Origin: Botryllus schlosseri
Taxonomy: Eukaryota
Reading direction: 5' to 3'
Length of the DNA stretch: 64,000 bases
Assembly: GCA_051294905.1 (NCBI GenBank)
Contig: CM119371.1
Coordinates: forward strand, 32,056,001-32,120,000
Position 1 is the first letter of the stretch; each line of letters starts with the position of its first letter. The notes under the pieces are model-generated. The model saw only the letters and a program-made list of their open reading frames with translations, was not told the origin of the DNA and made no database searches. Shown here in pieces: positions 51,101 to 63,100 of this stretch. The position numbers and the translations under genes were made by a program.

Positions 51101-54100
51101 ACGGTGTTGTAGTCGGTCTACTGTTCCGAACGCAAATACTCACCTGGGATCTGAGCGGTGCGGTGCACAATGCGGATGCTGCCGGGCTGTTTCAGCCCGT
51201 TAAATATCGTCATGACTTCGGTGGTACCGTGTCGCTGGGACGGCGGGCCACCGCGCCAGGCATCGATACGTATTATGCTCTGGTCGTTCCAATTGGTCGC
51301 GTACAGGTAACCTGTAACGTTGACGGTCGACCACTGGTTTTCTGAGTAGTTCTAGATCTATTCCTAGAGAGTAGTTGCGGTTCTAGTTGAGGATTTTGGA
51401 AAGTGAGTGGTTCCAGATCTAGTTCTAGTTGAGGTTTTTGGAAAGTGGGTAGTTCTAATTGTAGTTGTACTTGAAGGTTTCGAAGGAAGTTGTTTTAGTT
51501 CTGGTTCTAGATTTTCAAAAGCGAGTAGTTCCAGTTGTAGTTGAAGGTTTTGAAAAGAGGATAGTTCTAGTTCTAGTTGAGCATTTTGAAAAGTGAGTAG
51601 TTGTATTTCTAGTTCTAGTTGTAGTTGAAGATTTTGAAAAGAGGATAGGTTCTAGTTCTAGTTGAGCATTTTGAAAAGTGAGTAGTTGTATTTCTAGTTC
51701 TAGTTGAGAATTTTCAAAAGAGGATAGTTCTAGTTCTAGTTGAGGATTTTGAAAACTGAATAGTTGTATTTCTAGTTCTAGTTGAGAATTTTCAAAAGAG
51801 GATAGTTCTAGTTCTAGTTGAGCATTTTGAAAACTGAGTAGTTGTATTTCTAGTTCTAGTTGTAGTTGAAGATTTTGAAAAGAGGATAGGTTCTAGTTCT
51901 AGTTGAGCATTTTGAAAAGTGAGTAGTTGTATTTCTAGTTCTAGTTGAGAATTTTCAAAAGAGGATAGTTCTAGTTCTAGTTGAGCATTTTGAAAACTGA
52001 GTAGTTGTATTTCTAGTTCTAGTTGTAGTTGAAGATTTTGAAAAGAGGATAGGTTCTAGTTCTAGTTGAGCATTTTGAAAAGTGAGTAGTTGTATTTCTA
52101 GTTCTAGTTGAGAATTTTCAAAAGAGGATAGTTCTAGTTCTAGTTGAGGATTTTGAAAACTGAATAGTTGTATTTCTAGTTCTAGTTGAGAATTTTCAAA
52201 AGAGGATAGTTCTAGTTCTAGTTGAGGATTTTGAAATGTGAGTAGTTGTATTTCTAGTTCTAGTTGAGAATTTTCAAAAGAGGATAGTTCTAGTTCTAGT
52301 TGAGCATTTTGAAAACTGAATAGTTGTATTTCTAGTTCTAGTTCTAGTTGAGAATTTTCAAAAGAGGATAGTTCTGGTTCTAGTTGAGCATTTTGAAATG
52401 TGAGTAGTTCTAGCTCTAGTTGTGGTTGAAGATTTAGAAGCAAGTAGTTGTAGTTCTAGTTGAGCATTTTAAAACATGAGTAGTTCTAGTTCTAGTTCTA
52501 GTTGAGGATTTTGGAAAGTGAGTAGTTCCAGATCTAGTTCTAGTTGAGGATTTTGGAAAGAGGGTAGTTCTAATTGTAGTTGTACTTGAAGATTTCGAAG
52601 GAAGTTGTTGTAGTTCTAGTTCTAGATTTTCAAAAGTGAGTAGTTCCAGTTGTAGTTGAAGATTTTGAAAAGAGGATAGTTCTAGTGCTAGTTGAGCATT
52701 TTGAAAAGTGAGTAGTTGTATTTCTAGTTCTAGTTGAGAATTTTCAAAAGAGGATAGTTCTAGTTCTAGTTGAGCATTTTGAAAACTGAGTAGTTGTATT
52801 TCTAGTTCTAGTTGTAGTTGAAGATTTTGAAAAGAGGATAGGTTCTAGTTCTAGTTGAGCATTTTGAAAAGTGAATAGTTGTATTTCTAGTTCTAGTTGA
52901 GAATTTTCAAAAGAGGATAGTTCTAGTTCTAGTTGAGGATTTTGAAAACTGAATAGTTGTATTTCTAGTTCTAGTTGAGAATTTTCAAAAGAGGATAGTT
53001 CTAGTTCTAGTTGAGGATTTTGAAATGTGAGTAGTTGTATTTCTAGTTCTAGTTGAGAATTTTCAAAAGAGGATAGTTCTAGTTCTAGTTGAGCATTTTG
53101 AAAACTGAATAGTTGTATTTCTAGTTCTAGTTCTAGTTGAGAATTTTCAAAAGAGGATAGTTCTGGTTCTAGTTGAGCATTTTGAAATGTGAGTAGTTCT
53201 AGCTCTAGTTGTGGTTGAAGATTTAGAAGCAAGTAGTTGTAGTTCTAGTTGAGCATTTTAAAACATGAGTAGTTCTAGTTCTAGTTCTAGTTGAGGATTT
53301 TGGAAAGTGAGTAGTTCCAGATCTAGTTCTAGTTGAGGATTTTGGAAAGAGGGTAGTTCTAATTGTAGTTGTACTTGAAGATTTCGAAGGAAGTTGTTGT
53401 AGTTCTAGTTCTAGATTTTCAAAAGTGAGTAGTTCCAGTTGTAGTTGAAGATTTTGAAAAGAGGATAGGTTCTAGTGCTAGTTGAGCATTTTGAAAAGTG
53501 AGTAGTTGTATTTCTAGTTCTAGTTGAGAATTTTCAAAAGAGGATAGTTCTAGTTCTAGTTGAGCATTTTGAAAAGTGAGTAGTTGTATTTCTAGTTCTA
53601 GTTGAGAATTTTCAAAAGAGGATAGTTCTAGTTCTAGTTGAGCATTTTGAAAAGTGAATAGTTGTATTTCTAGTTCTAGTTGAGAATTTTCAAAAGAGGA
53701 TAGTTCTAGTTCTAGTTGAGGATTTTGAAAACTGAATAGTTGTATTTCTAGTTCTAGTTGAGAATTTTCAAAAGAGGATAGTTCTAGTTCTAGTTGAGCA
53801 TTTTGAAAACTGAATAGTTGTATTTCTAGTTCTAGTTCTAGTTGAGAATTTTCAAAAGAGGATAGTTCTGGTTCTAGTTGAGCATTTTGAAATGTGAGTA
53901 GTTCTAGCTCTAGTTGTGGTTGAAGATTTAGAAGCAAGTAGTTGTAGTTCTAGTTGAGCATTTTAAAACATGAGTAGTTCTAGTTCTAGTTCTAGTTGAG
54001 GATTTTGGAAAGTGAGTAGTTCCAGATCTAGTTCTAGTTGAGGATTTTGGAAAGAGGGTAGTTCTAATTGTAGTTGTACTTGAAGATTTCGAAGGAAGTT

Positions 54101-57100
54101 GTTGTAGTTCTAGTTCTAGATTTTCAAAAGTGAGTAGTTCCAGTTGTAGTTGAAGATTTTGAAAAGAGGATAGTTCTAGTGCTAGTTGAGCATTTTGAAA
54201 AGTGAGTAGTTGTATTTCTAGTTCTAGTTGAGAATTTTCAAAAGAGGATAGTTCTAGTTCTAGTTGAGCATTTTGAAAAGTGAGTAGTTGTATTTCTAGT
54301 TCTAGTTGAGAATTTTCAAAAGAGGATAGTTCTAGTTCTAGTTGAGCATTTTGAAAAGTGAGTAGTTGTATTTCTAGTTCTAGTTGAGAATTTTCAAAAG
54401 AGGATAGTTCTAGTTCTAGTTGAGGATTTTGAAAACTGAATAGTTGTATTTCTAGTTCTAGTTCTAGTTGAGAATTTTCAAAAGAGGATAGTTCTGGTTC
54501 TAGTTGAGCATTTTGAAATGTGAGTAGTTCTAGCTCTAGTTGTGGTTGAAGATTTAGAAGCAAGTAGTTGTAGTTCTAGTTGAGCATTTTAAAACATGAG
54601 TAGTTCTAGTTCTAGTTCTAGTTGAGGATTTTCAAAGGTGATTAGTTCTAGTTGTAGTTGAAGATTTTGAAGCGAGCAGTTGTAGTTCTAGTTCTAGTAG
54701 CAGATTTTGACAAATTAGTAATTCTAGTTCTAGTTCTGGGGGCGAATTTTGAAATACGAGTAGTTCTAGTTCTAGTTGTAGTAGAAGATTTTGAAGCGAG
54801 TAGTTGTAGTTCTAGTTGAGGATTTTGAAAACTGAGTAGTTTTATGTCTAGTTCTAGTTGAGTATTTTGAAACATGAGTAGTTCTAGTTCTAGTTGTGGT
54901 TGAAGATTTCGAAGCAAGTAGTTGTAGTTGTAGTTCTAGTTGAGGATTTTCAAAAGCGAGTAGTTCTAGTTCTACTTGAGCATTTTGAAACATGAGTAGT
55001 TCTAGTTCTAGTTGAAGATTTTGAAGCGAGCAGTCGTAGTTCTAGTTCTAGTTACGAATTTTGAAAAGTGAGTAGTGATAGTTATAGTTCTTTTTGGAAA
55101 TTGAGTACCGGTAGCTCTATTTCTAGTTCTAGTAGTCGATAGGGACATAGACAGGCTATCTCAAACCACAGTCCTTTTGAAATCCTGGCACCAGACAACA
55201 TTTCTAAACCCAATTCGCAATGCAGGAATTCGTATTCGAAATTTAACATAATTGGATAAGTTCTGTTGCTGCTTTTTAAGGGTCATTAGCTCTAGCGCTA
55301 GTTACGACCATTGAACACCCCTGTAATCGACGCGAAAATCCGTACCATCAAAATACGCGATCCGATGTAAATTCTGCACGCTCATAGAGGCCGCTATCTG
55401 AGTGCGCGTGCCGCCGTCGTAGTCCACAGAGTCCACGTAATCTGGAAAAGATTTCGAGCCTTGAATGACACGCGGAATCGTCCCGAGAAATCAAATTACA
55501 AAACCAACTACACACAGCCCGCAATAGTCTACTATTTCTTCATAATATATTACGTAAGATAACAGGTAGTCATAATGGAACTTTGAAATCCCGTATACAA
55601 CAGTGGCAAATCTGATATTGGCTTCTAACCGGAAGAGTAGATAATCTTATTGAAAAAATGTGTATCCTTTGGTTACTTCCTTACAGAGTCCATAACGTGT
55701 ACCTAGTGCGAATAAGTATGCGCTATTCACTGCGACGGAGATATCCTCTTTCAAACAAGCCATGAGTGCTCGACTAATTCGATCGATACCATCAATACAC
55801 GGCAGTGCGTTTCACCATAAACACGCAGTCTGAGAGGGTCAAGAATGGCAAATGTCTGCACAGCAAGGACTATACTACTATATACGCAGTGTACAGTTTT
55901 GCTGTAGCATTTTTCAGGAAAATCGGGAGTTGATTAGAATTAATAGTAGAGCATGGAAACATTTCACTAATTAGATGAGAATTGGAAATGAGCACTGACT
56001 CGGGCTTGACTCGGTGGCGAGTACAAAATGACTCGACTTGACTCGAGTCAAAACTATAAAAGTCAGATTGTCTCGTGACTCGGAACCTTGCGACTTGCTT
56101 ACAACCCTGGCTCACACAACACATTTATACTTACTGATATGGGCGTCGACGAAATAGACGCGCTTCCCGATCAGATCCAACGCAATTCCCAGTGGAAACA
56201 CTATTTTCCTGGACACCAGCACTTTTCTTTCAGTACCGTCCATATTGACACGCTCAAGTTTGGGGTGAATTCCTTGGTCGGAGAAAAATACCTTCCTGCA
56301 AATGCGAAATGGGCGACGTTATCAGATTATTATATTTTTCTTCTAAATTAAGCTTGTAATTCTAACCTAATTCGGGACATGTTTCTGTACTCCTACTTTA
56401 ATTCTGATCTAATTTGGAGAAAAATTTTAGTGTAAAATATACGAATTCGACAAGAAACGTAACCCTACCCTTCTTTTGGGTCCAGGGCAATCCCCCTGGG
56501 CATGTTCAATCCCTTTTGCAGTATGGTGATACACGTGGCCCCCGTGCCATCACAAACGTAGAGCCTGTCGTCGGTACCGTCGAGGAAGTAGAAATTCCCG
56601 GTCAGCCAGTCGTAAGCAATCTGTTCCACGCCTGAAAAATATAAAGAATTAGATTAAAATTACAATTATAGCTCCGCATTTTTTCTAAATTAGACTAAAA
56701 TTAGAATTATACCAACACATTTTTTTTCAAATTAGATAAGAATTACAGCTACACAGGTTTTCCAAATTAGATTAGAAGTTTCATTACAGCACCAAATACT
56801 TTCCAAATTAGATTAGAATTAGAATTGTAGCTGCACAGTGTTTTTGTCTCGATTACACTAGAATTAGAACTATAGCAACAGTTTTTTTTCCAAATTCGCT
56901 TAGAATAAGAACTACAGCGACACAGGTTTTCCAAATTAGACTCAAATCAGAATTATAGCAACACATTTTTTCCAAATTAGATTAGAATTAGAATAGCAGC
57001 TGCAGTTTTTTTTCTTGATTATAGAATTATAGTAACAGTTTTTTCGAAATTAGATCACGATTAAAATTTTAGGTACAGGTTTTTCCAAATTAGATTAGAA

Positions 57101-60100
57101 TTAGAATTATAGCTACAGTTTTTTCTAAATAGATCAGAATCCAAATTGTAGCTCAAGTTTTTCCGAATTAGATTAGAATTATAGCTCTACAGTTTTTTTC
57201 CCAAATTAGACTAGCATTAGAATTGTAGCTATAGATTTTCTGAATTAAAATAAAATTAGAATTATAACTACAGTTTTTTTTCAAATTAGACTAGAACTAG
57301 AATTGTAGCTACAGTTTTTCCGAATTATATTCAAATTAGAATTACAGCTACACATTTTTCTAAATTACACTAAAATTAGAATTATAGCTACATAGTTTTT
57401 TTTTCAAATTAGACTAGGAATAGAATTACAGATACACAATTTTTTTTCCAAATTGGACTCGAATTAGAATTATAGCTACAGTTTTTCCGAATTAGATCAC
57501 AATTAGAATTATAGCTACAGTTTATTTTCCAAATTAGACTAGAATTAGAATTGTATCTACAGTGAGAGCCTACAAACATTTCACGAATTAGATAAGAATT
57601 ACATTACCGGCATTCCGCTCCAATTAGTCCAATTATACAACTTGTAAAATAATATCATGGCCGGCACCATAAGGTTTACAAGACAACACTTACTATCCAC
57701 AGAATATAGCAAGTTTATCTTGGTCGTGCTGTTGAGATTGTCTAGCGGCGCGCACACAAACGCGCTGTCCGTGTAGCCCTGGTAGCGTTCGATCCAGCAA
57801 GCCCTCTGCCCCGCCACGTCCACTATCATGGCCAGGGTGTTGTGCGAAAACCTGATAGACTTTGAAGGCAAATCCTGCCCTTCCAGCGTAACAGCCTGCA
57901 ATAAAAGTGTGTGCCTTTATCTGGGTTGTGATGATGCTAGTTGTAGTACTAGCTGCGAGGTTTGATAAGCGAGTAGTTTGGTTTTAGTTCTAGTTTTGAA
58001 AAGGGAGTAGTTTTGGTTCCAGTTTTAGTTGCATATTTAGAAAACACGAGTACCGGTAGTTGTAGTTCTAGTTCCCGTTTCTAGTTTTGAAAAGTGATTA
58101 GTTGTAGTTCCAGTCGCGAGATTTGAGAAGCGACCAGTTTATTTGTAGGCTAGTTCTAGTTACGATCTTTCAAAAGGGAGTAATTCTAGTTGTAGTTCTA
58201 GTTGCGAAGTAGTTTGTACACGCCTGGTTAACCGTCATCTAACTAGGTTGATAGTTTGTACGTACAAGCGAGTCTGGCTTCGAAGCTCAGAAGTCGCATG
58301 AAAATTCAAAATTATACGAAATACCACGCACATGTCAAAATTTCATTAACGAAATCGTTTTTTAACGAGTAACATACTGATAATGAAATAAATCTGAATA
58401 TTTTATTTTCAGTGGTCATGGGTAATCCTCTGCCACTAGTAGAGAATTGAAAAGAACATTATATATCAACAAATATTTGGTTTTTTTTCGATATGAACAC
58501 ATTATTCCGTTGTATACTAGCATAGCACGGTTTCAAGACAACACAAAAACAAAATCTCCCAAATTTTACCCGGACTGATGTCGTCGTGGTGACAAGTATG
58601 TAGGCCGAGTCAGGATTCGCGACTCTGCAGTGGCTTTCGCGGTCTCTGGAACTGGCAATCTGGTAGCCTGCCGCGGAATCGCACGAGCATCTGTACAGCA
58701 GCTCAGGAGCAAGCTCGCAGTACTGCTCGCAAATGTCCATCTCCTCGCAGTAATGGATATCTGAGAAAGATATAAACCATTTTGGAGTAAAGCAGCAGAT
58801 TATGGGTATAATCGTCACCATTAGCCTATTGGAATGACTCGAGCCATACTTGTGATACGTTATCCAAATGATTTGACTTGACTCGAGTCGCCGCCATAAA
58901 TTACTTGACCTGACTCGGATACGACTAAAAAAATTTTTGACTCGAGTTTGACTCGACCCATGTCCAGACTTGAAAATTTTTTAAATGACTCGACAGACTG
59001 AAGTCACTAAAAATTTGCGCGACTCGACCCGAAAAGTTTAGAAAAGACTTGACTTGACTTGACTCGAGTCACATTACAAACTCGGGCGACTTGAGTCGTG
59101 ACTTGTCTGGAAAAAGTTGGAAACTAAGTCGAAAATTTATGTGACTCAACTCGTGAATTGAAAAATTTTTACTGGACTCGACTCAAGTCACTTGGAAACT
59201 CTTGGCAATGCGACTCGTGACTTGACTCGAGTAGAAAAATTTCAAAATGACTGAACCAAAATCCAGTCAAAAATTGCGGCGACTCGAAATGACTCGTGAC
59301 TCGAAAATAGCGACTTGATGCCATGGCTGCAATGAATCGAGTCTCGGTTTTTTTGTGACTCGACTTGACTCGAGTCATTTTTCCAAATGCGTAAAATGAC
59401 TCGAGTCACGGTTTATGGTGACTCGACTTGACTAGAATCATTTTTTCAAATCCATCAAATGACTCGAGTCGATTTTTATATCGAACTGAAAACTGATCAG
59501 TGAGCATAATAACTTGGACTGGGACTCGACCCTCTACTCACTGACTTGAACTCGGTGTTGAATTGAAAATGACTCGACTCGAGTCAAAACTATAAAAGTG
59601 AGATTGACTTGTGACTCGGAATCTTGTGACTTGGTTACAACCACCAGCCTATCGACAGTACAGATATCTCACCAACACAAGTTCCGTTGTCTTTGCTTAA
59701 CCTTTGCCCATCTTCGCAGTAGCACGTCACGTTACGATTTGGCAGGACAGTACACAAACGCTGGCAGCGTCTGCATTCCACAGGCGGGGCTATTCCCGGA
59801 CTCGATATACCTGAAGATAATATACAGATGGTAATCAGATATACAATAAAGCTACACACATTAGAATAGGATATAGGCTACCAATAAAAAATCATACCAT
59901 ATTATCTTTATTCTGATATAGAACTGTCATGATATTCTTTGCGGTAGCATAACACAGTATTTGAAGTTTGAACCTTCCGTGTCTTCAACACGTCAAAATC
60001 TTGAACTTAAAGACGGGCCTAAGACGTCTGCGCTAGCTTAGGAAGGAGATTTTCACATCCAGGCGTTGCCCTAAATATCACACTATTCAGCTGAGGGTTG

Positions 60101-63100
60101 GTCAGCTCACCCGCGCAATGGTTCCCTTCGTCAGAATGGTCCGAGCAGTCCGGGAATCCGTCGCAAAACTTCTTGAAGGGTATGCATTTGGTCGGGTCGT
60201 TTTCGCAGTAATGGCCGACCCCGTTGCAGTCCACGGCACCTGAACGAAGAATGGGTTTAGCGGCATGAGATCCAACATCGTAATTTGTATGGTATAGTAT
60301 AATAATTGGTGAAAATATACCGGTGCTAAAATACTACGACAATATTAGCCTACTGATTGAAATGATGCGAATCCATCAAAAGTTAGTTCTACTTGACTGA
60401 ATTTGTAAACTAGAAGTACCTTGACCTGCGCACGGAACGTAAACGCTCGAAAGGTGCGATAGGGGGCAGCCTACATGAGCAATTAGCACTCCCTTAATTT
60501 GAATACCAGCCTGTCGGGTAACTTTGGACAATGTAGATTTCTGTACGTTCTGTACATCTGTACGTTTATGAAATCTCTTAAATGTGGCTCATTTGGTAAG
60601 AGTTGACGAGAGCAGTGGCTAAATATGAAACAAAATAGTACAAGTCTGGTTCTGGCTTATTGCAAGATTTTTATTTAATACACCCATAAAAATAAAAGTA
60701 AAAAATTAAAAATATTAGGCGTATTTATGAAGGCTAATGCCCCCATCCATCATCTCAATTTCATGTCATGTCTTCCCCAATTGTGACTTATAAACAACAT
60801 TATGGTGAGAAGGTTATCCCCACTGGCGGCGTCAGCAAACATTAAGCTTGTTACCACGATTTATTGCTGATTTCAAATATTTTACTGTTATTTAAAATAT
60901 GCACTTTCCCTTTCCTGTGTCCTCAGATGGATATATTTTGTCATAATTTATGCCATATTCAGCACGCGCACCTTCAAGAGGATGTAATAAGTTTTTAAAG
61001 GAGCTTCCGCCCCTCTTACAATCTCTCAACTTATATTGCCTAACCAATTTTTCCATGTTTTTGCAAACTCGCAGTACATTAACCTTCTCATTCCATTTTC
61101 TAAAAGCAATCAAGCAGGTTATACTGAATTAGTTGACACAGATGAAGCAGCCACTTTCCAGAGCTCTAAATATCACATTGTCCACTGTCCAAAGTTACCC
61201 CGTTCTGATAAAATATGAGGGGGTCACTTTGGACATCACATTTTCTTACATTCATCTAAGGGGGAGCCTGCTGAGTTTGCTGCCCTAGATTAAGACTACT
61301 TAGAGGTATCTGCTGCTGAGTTTTGAATCTGTGGCTCACATGCTATTAATGTTTGGTTATCAGATTTGTAATAACCACCTATTTCAGTGAAATTGACCCC
61401 CGAAAATTATTCATCAATGTGGGTCAACTGTATCTGGTAGTTAAATGAATCCACCTTTTACTGAGACTACTATTGGTACTATTGCCTCATGAAAAAGAAT
61501 TGGACAACCAGCGGCAACTCTTTTCCATCAATAACCATTTAAATCTTTTACTGCTTAGTGTCCAAAGTTACCCCCTTAAGTCCGAAGTTACCCCGGTTTA
61601 CGGTACTCACTTTCCAGAAGTCGCAACTACAGTAAGAACTAGAAAGAATCACTTTTCAGAAGTCGCAACTAGAACTAGACCTAGAACTACTCATTCTTCA
61701 AGCCGCAACTGGAATTAAGAACTACAACTACTCACTTCCAAAAGTCGCAACTACAAATAGAACTGGAAATAATTACTCTCCCGAAGTCGCAACTTGAACT
61801 AGAGCTACTAACTCTCCAAAAGTCACAACTCGAATTAGAACTAGAACTACTAACAGTTTCAAGACGCTCAACTAGAATTAGAAGTAGGCCTAACCACTTT
61901 CCAAAAGTCGATACTAGAGCTAGAACTACTCATTTTTCAGAAGTCGTTACTAGAATTAGAACTACAAATACCGGTAGTCACTTTCCAAAAGTCGCAACTA
62001 GAATTAGTACTAGAAATAAGCACTTTACAAAAATCGCAACTAGAACTAGAGCTAGAACTACTCCCTATTCCAAAACTGCAACTATAACTTGAACTACTCA
62101 CTTTCCAAAAGACACAACTAGTACTAGAACTACTTATTTTTCAAAATCTGCTAGAACTATTAGAGCAACTCATCAATTAACTATATTGTTAGTTTGTACA
62201 AGTCCGCTGTAAATGCCAAACGCGCAGCGAGCTTGCGTCCGATGTAGTCATTTTCACAGTTAGCTAGCGTCGAGGTCAAGGTCGTTATAATATTTTTCTC
62301 ACATCACCGCTATGTTATGCTGGCAATTTTGACATGTCGCTGGCATTTTCCACTTAATCTCCTTGGCCAAAGAATTTAATCCGATCCGTTTTGTCAACAA
62401 ATTGTGTGCTTTGAGGTCGTATAGCATGCTAAATATGTCGTCATGTGAATTTCTATCACCTTGTTACACTGAAAGATCATCCATAAAACGGTTTCGATAC
62501 GGAATGTTTGTTTGTACAACGTAAAAGTGTTGCCTCGGAATAAACAATGGTTAATAATAACTAGGTTGTCGTCACGAGCCTGGTCGATGCCACTGACTGA
62601 CCTTTTTTCTTTTAGTAGGCTATATCGATGCCTGATCAAGACAAAATTGAATGAGAAATATCGAAGATATTCAATTGAATCATAACTTCAACAAGGACTG
62701 TTGACAACAATTTTGTCCAGATTCCAGGGATTCACTGATTACACTGTTGGGTTGCCTAAAAAAACGCTGCCCGCCAAATTTGGCTCGCAGGAGTTTGAAA
62801 ATTTTGCATTTAATATAAAAATTGAAAAGACATCCAAATTTCACTGTTAATCCCATGAAATTGATAAGTTGTCTAGAAGAACTATGCTCAACAATTTTTT
62901 CTCACTTCCAACTGGTAGACGCAAAGTTATTGCGGTTGAAAACTTTGGATTCGCAAAAATAGCCTTGGCGCGGGTAGGCTAATCCTAGAATTATTATAAT
63001 GAAAAACTCAGATAACTTCGTTTCTACAGGTCGGAAATGCGTCAAATTTGTTTTGCATCGTTTTTGCAGACAACTCAACAATTCCATGGGTTAGCCGGTA

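Noticed and set aside
51955..54993. Long minus-strand ORFs ([13 protein letters not shown]...)
   Set aside because: They are translations of the family C satellite: low complexity, non-ATG starts and no splice context.
60892..61113. Transposase N-terminal fragment in the pogo-like element
   Set aside because: Only a vague LVRQYK resemblance; no recognisable HTH or DDE domain.
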